Source of the DNA: Ramazzottius varieornatus
Taxonomy: Eukaryota; Animalia; Tardigrada
Direction: 5' to 3'
Length of the DNA stretch: 64,000 nucleotides
Assembly: GCA_001949185.1 (NCBI GenBank)
Contig: BDGG01000002.1
Span: forward strand, 6,872,448-6,936,447
Position 1 is the stretch's first letter. The number at the start of each line of letters is the position of its first letter. Shown piece after piece: positions 30,215-43,900 of this stretch. Both the position numbers and the translations under genes were made by a program. The notes beneath the pieces were generated by a model, which saw only the letters and a program-made list of their open reading frames with translations, had not been told where the DNA came from and searched no databases.

Positions 30215-31013
30215 TCTGTTCCAAAGATCGCCCAACAAGTACGATGATGATGGATAACCACGATGTAAGCCTCGGAACTCCTTGGAAGAAATTCTGGATT
30301 ACAGGAAATCGCAAAGCAGGCTTGCGAAGAACTCCCGATCGCTGAATCAAGCGGATCGCTATCAATCAACCACCCGCTCCGTATACCGAGGAATCGTGTG
30401 TTGAGTCGACGTCGAGTTGGCTCTGGTCCGAGTCTCACGCACGCACGTGCGCTTCTGTGACTTGCACCAGAATACGGTCCGCGGCTTGAAATCCTCTTGA
30501 TGCAGCGCTGATTAAATTTCGCTGCGCACCAACCTTGTCCGACTACAGGGTGAATATCGATTCGAGGCGTGTGGGATTGGACCAGTAACGAGTAACAAAC
30601 TAACAATCCGTAACATCACATTACGTGGTATGTCATATGGCGGTAACAGCGGATTTGGAGCTAGCGGGAGATTCCTTCCTATCGATTTGGAGACTCGAAC
30701 TTCAAGAGGATCACGAAAGCACTCCCGACAAAAAACCCCTTTGCAAGCCTAGTGAGAGATGGACGAATGAGGCTTTACGGTACGGCGCCGGTATCTAAAA
30801 CAAATCAGACTGATCAAAACGATTTTCCCTGGTGGCGCAGTGAGAGACCAGTACACCAAAAAATCTACTGAAAACTCGAGCGGCAATCAAGCCCCAGCTT
30901 TGTAGATAACAAGAACCAAGCAAGAGTCTATATTAGGTAGAAAATACAAAGAAGCAATAGTTACTAAATGCAATAAGTTATCGGTACAACTGCAGTCCAA
31001 CACAAAAATGCAT

Positions 31014-32767
31014 TCACTTCCTGACGCTCTCCACCACTCCATAGAACTCGTTCGCTTCCTTCTCGTCCTTGAACTTGAGCACAAATTGGTAAGGTTTATC
31101 TTCTTTCACACCTTTGAAGACTGGATTTGGTAGGCAGAAAATATCCACCGACTCACTGTTAGATCCTTTGCCTTTCCGACTGTTGCGAGTAATCCTGGTA
31201 TCCTTCCCAACTCGCGCATTCAACAGCACAGCGCCCAACGAAGTCGCCGCTCGCACAATCAGCTGCACTGCGTTATCATCAATGGACTTCAAGTGAGCCG
31301 TACCAGTTCCCCGAGTCTTCCAGGCACCGTCATCCAAGTAAAGAACCCTGCACTTCTTGGACACCAACGCGTCAGGCTCGGCTACTTCCTGGTCTTCCAC
31401 AGGAACGACTGGTACCACATCCACTTCATCTTTGTCAACTCCTCCCTCGTCGTCATTGTCTTCATCCTCCGCTGCTGCATTCGCCGTTGGAACCTTACTC
31501 ATCTCACCGAACTTGAAGCCTCCTAAGGAGAAACCAGAAGAAGACCCAGCAACCGAAGAGAAACCTGCAAAACCAGTGAAGCCAGTCTTGTTAGTTGATT
31601 CAGTGCTGTTTGTGTCTTTGTTTGTCTCGGAAGAGTCTTTGTTCAAAGAGCCGAAGAACGAAGGAAAGGCAGGGGCGGTAGACAAAGAATCTTTGGATGT
31701 GCTCGTACTGTTCGAGGTAGACGTGGACGGAAAAGACGATCCACCGCTACCGAAAAGCGAGCCGAAGTTGAGCGCGGGAGCAGCCGGCTTGTCCGCGGAA
31801 GAAGAGTTCTGCGATAATCCTCCGAAGCCTGCAAAAACTGACTCTTTTGGCTCCTCACCAGACTTGTCGGAGTCTCCTTGCGTCGAGCTGGAAGATGATG
31901 GTCTGGGTTTGACGGAGAAGAATCCGCTGGCATTCTGCGTCAGTGAACGACCACTGCTCAAACCCTTCGAAACTTCTTCCTTATCTAAAAAGGATCACCC
32001 TAAAAAGCCAATATTCAACAGGCAGACAATTTAGTACGAACCTCCTTTCTGGCTGCTCATAGATTCAGGTTCCGTCACAGTTTTCCTCGATCGACCATCG
32101 TCATCTTCTGCTCTCCTTTTCTTGCTTGACACGGGAGGGTCGCTTGGAGGAGGAGAAACATCAGCGGAGCTCGAACTTTTGCTAGACTTGAAAGCATCCA
32201 TATTGAAGCCTGTGAACTTTGAGCTGTTGGTGGTGGCAGGAGGAGTTTCGCTTCCGGAAGTTACTGCTGAAGATTTCACCGGCGCTGATGAGGCTTGGGA
32301 TTGTGACGATGCATCTGGATGTATGGTGTGCTGCCTGTCCGGGAGTCTTACTGTCCGTTGCTCGATGAATACCCCATACTTGTCCTCCAAGCTGCAAACA
32401 AGCACACGGAGTTACACCACTGACTTCCGGTCAACAATGGTTACTGAATAGCAATAACATTTTCGCATGATTCGAACCAGATACTCTTACTCTTGCTGAT
32501 GCTTAATGTATTCTTGTAGTGTTGCGCCAAGTGGAACGCAGGGATGAATAGACGTCAGCTGGTTGATACGTTTCTGGAATGCAGCGTTCAACACTCCGAT
32601 GCTTTGGAAGAAGCCGGTGACACTCTCTTTACCTGTAGATCAGTCATCGCTGTTATCTAACCTGTTGTACAGCAACGCTATGCAGGAGTGAACTTTTATC
32701 GCTTACTGGTATCGCCATAATCGTCGTAATCCACGAATCGCAGGATCATCTCGTTCACCCTGGACAT
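31014..32767 (-). CDS. NUP50: nucleoporin Nup50-like (FG-rich region plus C-terminal Ran-binding domain)
   Basis: Helical segment LNAAFQKRINQLTSIHPCVPLGATLQEYIKH resembles the Nup50 conserved block. FG/FxFG repeats and an acidic linker lead to a RanBD (WKTRGTGTAHLK...QLIVRAATSLGAVLLN). Confidence 0.8.
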
Positions 32768-33434
32768 TCTGAGAAACGATCAGATGGCAGCGGGGCAGAG
32801 AATAATGGCTGATTAGCCGCAACGGCGAATCCAGAACGATGATACAATGTCCCTCCGGACTGAGATTCGAAATTCGTTTCAGAACACTAACACTAGCGAC
32901 CTACTATACGATTAAGTATCCTTCTTGAGACAAGTCTGCCACATACAGATTCCCCGAGACGTTTAGCAGTGCAAGAAGAAGGATTCCAGAAAACCTGAGG
33001 AAGCAGTGATGAGCTGCTAAAGGGGGCCTCCACTTGCACATGGCCTGCCAAAACTGTAAGCTGTCGAAAATGGCGTTTGATTAGTCATTATTAAACAGTT
33101 GGTAACGTGTACGTGGTGTAGACTTCCACACACAGACTCCCGGTTCAAACCATGTCATTCACGCTTTTTGCAGCCCAGCGGTTGCTTGTGTTTGGCGAGA
33201 CGGTTTTCTTTTGTTGCCCGGATCCCTTGATTGAATGAAGAGCTCATCTTGAGTTTTGTTTGTAGATTACATCACATTACGTACTGTATATCACCAACGT
33301 ATGACGTACACCACATCGGTCCTACCTATTTGTTAACGGAACGTGATCAATCAATCGCTCAATCAGTGTGTTTAACGTTCCGGCAAGGGCCCCTTTATAG
33401 TGTACGACAAAATAAACCGTTGACAATGGGTGTT

Positions 33435-33473
33435 GGATGGAGCCAGATGGATGGAGCCAGATGGATGGAGCCA
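33435..33473. repeat. 14-bp tandem repeat (GGATGGAGCCAGAT, about 2.8 copies)
   Basis: Read directly from the sequence. Confidence 0.85.
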
Positions 33474-33639
33474 ATGAAATTTGCGCATGCAGCAAGATAT
33501 AATTCTCATTGGCCGAGTCGTAAACAATCTCTAGCTGCAGTATTAAGCCCAATTCTAACGTTAATTTTGTCGTACACTGTGGCAGCTCATGTATGTGAGG
33601 AACTGTAGCGCTGGCAAGAATACGCAGTGTTGTTCCGAT

Positions 33640-35560
33640 ACGACTTTTGCAGTTCGATTTACAATTACGATTAATCAGAATCCTTCGCGTAGCCGTAATT
33701 CAAATTGCCGGTAGTTTGTCGTTGGAACTGACGATTACGACTAATCGGAATCTAGCTTTCGACAGCAATTCAGATTTCAATATACTATGCCCGCAAGCTG
33801 GTACTCCAGTCGCAATATTAATGAGCGTATGGAGTGCCCGTCCGTCGTGCTACATCGATCATGCAGTGCCCGAGGCATCTTGTCCGGGTGCACAGATCAA
33901 TTCTGGCGCGGGTTCGTCCGGCGCTATCACATAGTGGTATGGTCAGCCCTTTCGCATCAGAGGCGATTCTTACCAGCTTGAACTTCCTGAGGAACGTGAC
34001 CACTCCTTCCAACACGCGCCATTCTCCTTCAGTCAGATTATCGGCTTTCACGATCTTCTCCACCACAATCATCGACTCGACTGCAGCCTGAACTCTGGCC
34101 AATCCCTTAGTCATCATCACAGTGCTTGACCAACGAGTCTCATTCTCTCCAGTTAGCTTCACTCCCGTACGACGTATCAGCTCGGGTGTTGCAATACTCG
34201 ATAAATTGGAATTCGTGACGAGACTGCATACATTCGTCATTACTGCTTTGATTGGCTCGCTATCCTTAAACGGCTTTGTGACAAGCTGCAACGTATGTAT
34301 GAAACATGGATATCGCTTGTAGTCTCAAAACAAGCTCTCGACTTCTCGAACGCCTCTACTGTTTTCGCCGCTTCCTCGTCATCCTCCAGTGGGTCGTTCA
34401 CGTCAATCGTGCACTGCATTACAGCCTTGTCGATTGGTTTGAACTCATCCGCCTCGGTGACATACTGGTCAAGGTTCAAGGTGACCGCAGAACATAAAGA
34501 GAAACTGTCTGAAAGTGTACTGTCGTGCGTGCAAAAAATGATCAGAAAGCAGATTTTGCAAATCGGAGTGGCCGAATCAGTCGATCAATCAATTTACATT
34601 GGATGGTCTTTATTGTACGGCTTTCTTGCCTGAGCCATCTCTTCGAGCGTTACTTATTTGAAGGAAACGCCCGAAACGGAATCCTTCTCCCTTTTCAACT
34701 TTCTGTTTTGCCAACAGTTCAAGGTATCTTTTGTAGGCCGCTGGATGCTTCTGCAGATGAGCTCTGTCATTTCCTGCAGAGCAGCCGGTAAGTTGTTTCG
34801 AGCAGCCTACAATCCTGCCCATCGAATGATCGCCTTCTTTGTTATATTTGAAGAAGTTCCAAACTGGCGAATCCTTTCTTCCCCTGCGAACTTCTCGAAA
34901 ATTGGAACTCCAACGTTTGGACTTTCAACAGAATGATCAGCTCACTGGTAGCGGATGGTGACGGTGGAGGAACGCAATTCGCGGAGGATGTCGATGGATC
35001 CTATGGGAGACGTACTCGTGGAAGGCTTCTTACCCATCTTCTGCGTGTCGGCCTTACGCTTCCCCTTGTTCTGATTCTTGACCATGATTGAGATGTCGGT
35101 ATGGAAACTTGGAACAAGACAGATTAGGGGTGGATTCTGAATGCGTCACAAAGTCACTCAAGACTCTTTGGCTTCACTTCCGGCGATGCTTTACGAATTC
35201 ATCTGCTCATCAAATCGACGATCAATAATAGCCAATCGTGAGAGGCAGACTGCGAAGATAAGCCTCGATGTACCAGCCTCTAGATGCCTTATAGTCCGGG
35301 GGCAAATTGGCGATGCGGGCTTGACGCTGACAGCTGTAGATTCAACCAGCAAAGTTGAGTTTGCAATTTTGCGGTACTAATTCGCAATCCCAATCGACCG
35401 TAGTGTCTTATTCCGATTATTCTCATTTGAATTAAGCCCTTTTCGATTTTAATTACGAATTATAATACTCTGATCGTTTGTCATTTGAATTTGAATTACG
35501 ATTAATATAGAATTACGTTGGCGAACGGTTCTCAATTTGAATTGTTGTATCGGAATTCCA
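33640..35560 (-). mobile_element. defective hAT DNA transposon 1 (transposase relic about 35085-33818)
   Basis: BED-finger relic SPVWNFF...HLQKH, CFIH (CxxH) and ETRWSS motifs, with stops, frameshifts and deletions. AATTACGA-type subterminal repeats occur at both ends. Confidence 0.8.
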
Positions 35561-37339
35561 AAAAGGTCAAAATCAGCCATATTGAATTATGTATTACAGT
35601 AATCGGACCAACGCTAAAAATACGATAAAATTCGATACGATATCGGCGGATATTTTTTTGTGGTCTTCGATATTCATTCGATATCGATACTTCGGTAAGA
35701 TGTTTTTCCGATACCGGATTTTCGATATATCGTATCATATCGCAGCAATATATCGACATTTCTGGAATTTTAGTCTTTCTGAATTCCACTGGTTCAAGCC
35801 CAAAAACTCAACAAGCCGATTTCTACATAAGGTATTAGTAAGATTGAAAGCGTCGGATGCAGCAAAGACATGACTACACCAAGACTTCAAACACATGGAA
35901 ACCTGGACAGAATTAGCATCAGAACCGAATGGGCTGAGTGTGCTCGTTACACCATGGCCAAGATGGATACTGTCAAATCAGAATGATTAATCATGGATTT
36001 ATCCCAACTGTTCAGGAATCCACTTTTTGTGTTTTGGCACCTGAGGGCGATCCGAGGCCTTTTTTACGATGTGATAGAACAACTCAAGAGCTCTCTATCT
36101 CGCGCTTCAAAAATACTTTCAGACTTGCAAGATGGAAGATATTGACGTAGGAACCAGGGGTGGGGAAGATGAAAATTTCGAAAACCCAATATTCTAAAAT
36201 GAAACTGAAATATGCTTCGAAACTGAACATTAAAACTGCAATGGCGTTCGAAAATGTACGTTCATGCCGTAATTCTAGAGTACTTTAGCAGTCTGTCTCT
36301 GTTTAGCCTAGCTTACTTTGGCTTCGGCCATGGCGCTGCACAACAGCCAATGTGGCAAAAAAATGGCACATCTTCCACATCTTGCACATCACTTTCTAGC
36401 CGTGACGTCAAGCTCAACAGTGCCGTTCCCCAGCTGCTTGCCACATTCGAATTTTCTAGCGCCATGGCTGTCTGGCTTATCTCGTTCTCACTTGATGGCC
36501 AACTTACAGTCGAGACGGGTTGAATGTGTATAGGCTGTGCCGTTTATTGCATTGAATATGACAACCGAGAATACTCGAGCCGCTGTAGTTCATAAAAAAT
36601 GAAAGTCAAAATTCTGCGCTTGTGCATATTTCTGGGGAAAAAACGGTATCATCCAGGGCGTATTTTTCTTCCCAGGGGCGCCAAACTTCCAAAGTTGTTC
36701 GGCCGGCTTCTTGGTGTGCGGCCTTGTGCGGCTTCCTCAGGTCTGATAGAGCTCTTTTTCACTACATGATGAACTAAGAAAAGCTGTTTTCGGACTTTTC
36801 GTATGATTAAGCATTCTACTTTGACAATTGCGAGAGCTCCGCCCAAAAGGCTGAGCTTTAGAATTAGTCATAGACCGCTTGAATCATCGTAGAAAGCTGT
36901 CCGGATTCTAAAGCCTTTAAATTGGGGCAAACTATGGCAAGCCTGAGCTTATGGCGGAATACCAAAGAGAAATTTCTTGGCACCGAAAGTGGCCTCTACC
37001 ATTAGTCATCTTTTGTACGTACAGGCATAGTGCATTATTATACCCTGTTGATCATGCAGTGCCGTCCAGTGGTACTATCAACAGGGATATCAATTCCGTA
37101 TTAATCCATACGCCAACATCTTCAAATGATGAGTACAGAATTGATTGATGAAATCCGAAATCACGACTAATGACTCGTCAGAAACATGGAAAAATTCGTC
37201 GAAAAAAAAGAAAAATTAGGGAATCATCTTGAGTAAAGGATTGTGCAGTTTGGAGCTCGAGCTTCTTCTGATGAGCTTGTGATTCAGAGTCCCTTGGGCA
37301 TACCCAAATCAAGTCTTCAAAATCAACCGTGGTTACGAG

Positions 37340-37760
37340 TAGAGCACGGAATCTGGCCGCATGTGCTGTACTGCACTGCAGCTATCACGTTTAGCGGGTG
37401 AACTGACGAAATTTGTGCGGCACAGCACAGCATACAGCAGAAAGCCATAGACCACCGCGCAGATGCACCTATCGAAACCTAACAAGAACTACAGTTTTTG
37501 GGCATTCGAACGTCAGCCGTCTCAGCTTTGCCGTACTTTAGGGCAACGTTCTCCAGGTTGACTACCGATTTCGCTGACTGAATTACAAACCACGTCAATA
37601 CATCGGCGTTCCGCGCAGTTGCACCAGGTCAACATGCATCTGCAGCATAGCAGCTTAGCCACTGGGCATGAAAGTTGTGCAGCACAGCGCAGCGTATAGC
37701 GCCTTGGTAATGCGCGCAGCACATTACAGCGTACTTTTGGACCTGCGGCCCATTGCTCTA
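37340..37760. mobile_element. non-autonomous hAT/MITE with TAGAGCA termini and CAGCACAG/CAGCGCAG subterminal repeats
   Basis: Starts TAGAGCAC and ends TTGCTCTA. Its last ~90 bp recur in direct orientation at 39990-40084. Confidence 0.65.
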
Positions 37761-37878
37761 GATAAGCCTTCCAGTTGTTCATGTTAGAAACCACGACGTT
37801 TTACTTCTTCGTTTGTTATTCACGGCTTATTCTTCTGCCTCGCAATTTATCGCCGTAGCTGGTGAAATTGGAGCTACG

Positions 37879-39905
37879 ATGGAAGGTAACTTAAGCGGAA
37901 TGTCCGGAGAGAGCGAAGATGAGGAGGTTTCCGAAAATAGCGGAAAGAAATATCGGGCAGCTGGTGGAAAAATCGTTACCAAACGAAGAACGGTACTACG
38001 TTCTGAAATCCAACAGAAAGCCAGGTAACCAAACACCTTTGGACACCCAGGAGCTCGGATTAACACAGTGCTGCAATGAGAAACGTGAATACTGTTGCAG
38101 AAAGATGTTTGTGGAAAAAGTGAGCAAGTTGGTGAAAGATGATTCGTCCTGCGAGCGGAAATTTTGGGAAGTCGAAAACCAGCAGCGTTTTGGTCGACCA
38201 TGAGGCGTCTTGTCAATAAAGATTTGGGTGACAGGCTCGACTTTGTTTGCCGCAGTAAGTGCAAGGTAGTGTGGAAGCATGACCAAAGCATCAACACCGG
38301 TCCATTAAACCCCCATGTCCAGAAGTGCGGTGTAAAAGCTAGCCGGCCAAGAATAACGAGCTTTCTGGAAATGCACAAGCTTCTTTTGGTTGCCAAACAA
38401 GAAGTCTCGAAGGTGTGTGCTCGATTTTGTGCTGTAGACGGAAGAAGCTTTAAAGAAGTGAGTGGCAAAGGATTTAGAGCTCTGATTGACACCGTGATCG
38501 ATGCTACAATGAAGTACGGCCATGCTGGCAGACCTTCGGTCAGAGATATGATTCCTGATCCGACGACAATCAGCAACTACATTGAGAGCGAAGTCAGAAA
38601 AATTCGTCAGTTTCTGCTGGAAGAAATCAGACCTATACTGCCTATGAACGGTGGTGGTATAACTCCTGACTTTTGGGAGCAAGAATACACCAAATTATCT
38701 TACTTAGGTAAACAAATCTCTGCAGTTTAAATAGTGTGATGCGCTGTTTTACTGCCGTTTATAAAATTAAGTGTTTTGATTGCAGGGTGTTCAGTGCAGG
38801 GTGCTGGGTGCTCGTTGAGCTTGTAACTTATTAGAGATCCGATCCTATTATTCAGCCATATGGGATAATACTGTGTTTTGCCTATGGAGTAATACTGTGT
38901 TTTCTTTTTTAGCGGGAATACCCACGTCGAGATGTTGACTTCAATCCTAGCTGACTACGACAAGCTGGAAGTGATCTTGGCAAACCGGAACGAATTACAG
39001 CTACTTCCAACCAGCAGATAACGAATTCAGGAGATTCATGACGAGCCCGTAAGAGATATTACGATTCAAATCTCTGCTTCGAAGACTCCTACGCTGCATC
39101 TGGTCGCTTGGGCTTACATCGAGCTTATCCGTCATTTCAAAGAGTATACCCCTTCCGATTTTGCCGACGTCAGAGCTCTGCAAAAACACGCAGAAAATGA
39201 TTTCACTAAGAAGCTTCAGATTGATGAACTTCACAAGAGAGCTGTCTTTCTGAACTCGTCCATGAAGCACCTCAACTTCCTGAAAGCGGAAGAACGTGTG
39301 GCTGTACTCACGCGCGTCATGGCTGAGGTGCAGAAGGTCCCGATGGGAGAAAAGATCGGAGCTCCTACTGCAGAAGGTGAAAGCAACTTGTTCTATTTTT
39401 GTAACATCAACTGATACGTTTCAAGATCTCCCCCAAATATACCAGAATTGTCAGCTAATTACTAGAGCGGTACTCTTACAAAACTTTATTTGAAAATCGA
39501 GAGTTTGAGCCGATTCAGTATGATGACAAACACAGTATAGAGAGCTTCCACCTTCCAGCTGTCAACGTCGCAGCCAAAGAGCCACGAAAGTTCAACCTGA
39601 AAGCCATGGCGAAGTAATCTACGGACAGGCCCATAGAAAATGAAGTGGAGAAGTATCTCAGACTACCTAGTCCTCCGGAGGAACAAGATGTTTGGAGTTT
39701 CTGGATCGAAAAGCAGAAGGATTTTCCTCGAATGAGTAGCTATGCACTACGTTGTCTTTCTGTACCTGGTACCTGTACTCCTTCCGAGCGTCTTTTCAGT
39801 AGATCTGGAACTGCAGTTGACGAAAAGCGAATGTCGTTAGATCCCCAGACCCTAAGTGATCTTATGGTTATTCAGTCTAATTACGAGTTTCCCGATTCTG
39901 AGTAA
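37879..39905 (+). pseudogene. Hermes/hobo-like hAT transposase pseudogene
   Basis: BED-like region, Hermes DNA-binding motif DGRSFKEVSGKGF...PDPTTIS, first catalytic Asp in GITPDFW, and hATC dimerisation domain FWIEKQKDFPRMS...PGTCTPSERLFS. The central part is deleted and there are several stops and frameshifts. Confidence 0.88.
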
Positions 39906-40957
39906 TTTCATATCAAGGACACAAAATTTATATGCAGCGCAGTAGCAGCCGTTTACAGTCATTTACAGCGCAGCAGCGTAGTCCCACCGGGCAAAGTTTA
40001 CGCAGCGCAGCACAGCATGCAGCGGATACGTAACCCACACAGCACAGATGCAGCGTACTTTCTGACCTGCGGCGCAGTGCTCTACCATGGTCTTCCGTAA
40101 ACGAGATATCACTGGCGAGTTCGCCATTCAGCACTATACCGATATATCGATAATATATCGATATGGCGTGATACGATATCGCCGAATATTTCATTGCGTT
40201 ATTCGATATGAGCTTCATATCGATATTTTCGATAAGAAATCTGCCGCATATTTTATCGCAAAGATTCGATATATTTCGATACGATATCGGTATACCGTAT
40301 CGTTGCCAGCCCTATGAGGAAGTCAGAACTAATCTCTGGGAAAACCGTTGCATTCGGGAGTTTGCGATATCCATTTTTACTGTAGGTAATCAATCAAACA
40401 AAGGCAAAGCTGGCAAACCCGCTATTTTCGTGCATTACTGGCTTACCGTATACGAGAGCCTCGGGATGACTCCCGGCAATCTTTTCCGAATCACCGACTT
40501 CCGCCCGCAAAACCCGTTCGATACTTTCAATGGAGTTGGAATTCGAGGAAAACTTAATGAGCTTCCACTGAAGCGATATGTGCAACAACTCCGTTGATGC
40601 GATTTTAATAAGTTAACGCAGAGCGCCGATGGTTTCCCAGCGCCGCCAATCGAACAAACGAGAGAAAACTGACGAACTGAGCAGTCATACTTTCGACCAC
40701 CTCCATGTCAAAACGTTATTCTCAAACAGACAAAAGGAAAAAGTGGAAAATAGCTTCGGATGGAATCACCTCAAGAGTTTGAATTCCCGGCTCGTCAGAA
40801 GTTCATCGGTATCACACTGCTACACGAACAACAAAAGTATGAAAGAAAGCGTCAGGTGCTATGACGTACAACCAAAAGCAGTAGTTCCTCACACCGATAA
40901 AAGTTTTTAGTGAAGCGTAAACCAAAGGAACAAGATTCTGGCAACCGGGCGTGGCCA

Positions 40958-43900
40958 CTATTTCACTAATAAAACCAGGATAGCCATAGCTGCGGCTGAG
41001 ACTCCAACTGTCACCGGCAAGGTTACAAACCCTGAAACCCAAAGAACAGATTATCCGGGTTCTTCGCATCCCCCGTGCAAGTTTACAACAGAGACACTTG
41101 ACGCAGAGTACTTACAGCCAAATAAAATATTGCGGAACAGCTTCCAGTTAACCTGCGACTGAGAACGCAGCCAGCCAACTGCCACGACACTTCCTACTAT
41201 GCAGTGGGTCGTACTGATCGGGAGACCAATCTTCGAGGCAACCAGCACAGTGCAGGCAGTTCCCAGACCAATACAGAAACCACTACATGGGAAATCCAGG
41301 TAAATATCAATATTAAGCCAAGAAATGTAAAAAAGGAGGCAATCAAAGTCACACAAATCGATAATGAGAAACTTTCGGAGAGGAAGTCTTACCTGCTAGG
41401 AATAACCGGAGTCAGATTCGTTCCTGCAAAGGAAACAAGATTGTGGTACTGAGGTTATCGTTCCTGTGTGGTTGGAGTACGCAGTTTATGACCGGATATA
41501 AGCAACGTACCAACGGTCTCAATAACTTTGCGACCGAGAACACTGAGGCCGACAGAGATCCCGAATCCTCCAAACAAGAGTAACCAGATTGGTGTCGTTG
41601 AAGATTCCGGAATTACTCCTTGTTCAAAAACGACCCACAGAGCAACCAAAGGACCAATTGCATTGCTAGAAAGAGAAAAACTCGTCAAACTTAATTTCTT
41701 CGCCTCAAAGACAATAGGCACAACACGAAAGCTTTTTGCTTACCACACATCATTTCCTCCGTGAGCAAAAGCGGTAAACGCGGCAGTCATGATCTGAAGG
41801 AAGGAAAACACCACCTGAACTTCCAGAGGATCCTTCACGCGGTGTACAGAAGCCAGTCTTGGTCTGCCCTGAAATTACAAGGATTTTCGATGGAGATAAC
41901 TACAAAAGACTTCAAGCTTGATGCTGCGATGTACTTTTCGGTCCATGGGGATGCAACACTTGTCGTTTCTCCTGCAAGGTCCACAGCACAGCCAGGTCGC
42001 ATTCCTCGGTGGCTCTTCCGTCGGCGTATCCAGTCCGAATGTTGATCCGCCAAGCGGCGCAGGCCTCGGTCTACCCGGGTGCATCTTCACTTCTACCACC
42101 TTGGTTCCATTGGTCCGCGTGTTGGCTTCCGTGATCTTGGTGTCGTCCGTTGTACTCGAGTTGGCTACTTTGGGCCGGAAGTGCATGGTCGGCGCTGGAC
42201 TGGTCAGAGGAGCGCGTTCCGACACTTCGTTTTGGACTGTAATCTCGACGGAGGAGGGTAGCGAAGCGTGTACGTGATTGACGTCGGTGTCGTGTTTGAG
42301 GATGCCTGGATAGTCGCTGACGACTTTGGCCACTTCAGCCAGATCGACTGCGTGTTCGTTCTCGTCGGGGTGCTCGTGTACCGAGGCTAAAGGAACATCT
42401 TCTCCAGCCATTTTGGTGTTGATGAAAGACTGTGCGCGCGAAAGACCCGTCATCGATCTGTGAAAAAAAACCAACTGTAATACGAGATTTCGGTAAAAAA
42501 AGGGCTCATCTGTCGCGTTCCTGCATACATCCAGGCAAGGAGACAATACGAAATAAAAGTATGCAGGTGCATAGCGACGACTACTCTTGCCCTGCATACA
42601 CCACGACCCGATCACAACATCAACAGTCAGTATACAGGTGCACGAAACTCAAACTCGACCATCAAAAGGAACCCTGTTTCCCGAGTGTCTGAGCGACGAT
42701 AACGTACGTGGATGCGCTCATCGTTCCCTTTCCCTTATTAGCATTGAGTAGACTCTTGACATCGTTCATGCTGGTGGCCATGTCGGATTTCGTTGGTTTC
42801 TTTATTGAACGTCTCAAATCCACAACGGAGCTCGCCAATGAGACACTTGGCGTTGCGAAAGGTATCGTCCCCGTCAACACATCCGTCGTTCCGTTGGCCT
42901 TCATCGCTTCCACCTTCTTCAGAATGGCGATTCTTTGTCGCGGCACCACGTACAACCAGACGAACAACGCGGTAATGATGGCCGTGCCGAAGCAGATGAT
43001 CAGGGCACCCCACCACGGTATTCGGTCCAGGGAGAGCATCGGCGCACCGTCCAAGAAGACTGACAGACACTACAATAAAACACCCAAGTTGACAAAAGAC
43101 ATAAACACGCAAACTCTGCATTTGTAGAGTTTGTCAGCACTCAGCACTGGCACACAGTTTCGCCCAGTAACAACGGTCACATGCGCCACTTTGGAAAACA
43201 ATCGCGCATGACACGATCTTTTGTCCAAGTGGCGCACGTTTCTGGTCATTGACACCAGGAACGTGCGCCACTTCGGAACACATTCTTGTCGAGTTTGCTT
43301 GCCGACTTTCGCATCTCCAGTAATCGTGAAACTTACGTTCACGAAGACAGTGAGGCCGTAGAAGAAGGGCATAGCGTGCAGAGCAGGTTCGAGGTGATTT
43401 TCCCGCCGGAGGATGAAATGTTGGATGAAGAGGAAGAAACAACTGGAAACGACGCCGGCCAAGATGGGAGACACGAACCATGAAGCGACGATTTTCACCA
43501 GTTTCATCCACTGAATGCCTTCTGCGCCTTTGTAAACCAGGGAAAAACCCATGGTAGCTCCGACTATGCTGTGAGTGCCTATACGGAAGGATAAGAGTCG
43601 TAAAGCTCGATTACGGAAAAATTAGCGCTCTTCGGTACACCTCGTACCTGAGACGGGGATCTTCATGACGGTGGCAATCATCAGCCAGACTGCGGCACTA
43701 ATCAGCGCTGCAAGTTCACCCAGCATCAGGATGCGCTCTTCGCCCTTGTAGATCTGCACATCGACGATATCCTTCCATATCGTGTCCGACACTTTAGACC
43801 CGATCAATATCGCGCCTGCAAATGACAGAACCAATTGCTCATGTTTCTCCACATTCTCCGCCCGCAACGCCCTTCCCAACATTCTATAAGTTTGCAATGA

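Larger units (their letters stand above)
35600..40314 (+). mobile_element. composite or nested hAT element with CGATA-rich subterminal arrays
   Basis: Dense CGATA/TATCG arrays at 35620-35760 and 40100-40300. The right terminus ...CGTTGCCAGCCCTA reads as a TAGGGCTG-type hAT TIR. The left TIR is not clearly preserved. Confidence 0.7.

Noticed and set aside
31357-32034. 225-aa plus-strand ORF
   Set aside because: Antisense shadow of the low-complexity Nup50 exon.
37827-38576. 249-aa minus-strand ORF
   Set aside because: Antisense shadow of the hAT transposase relic.
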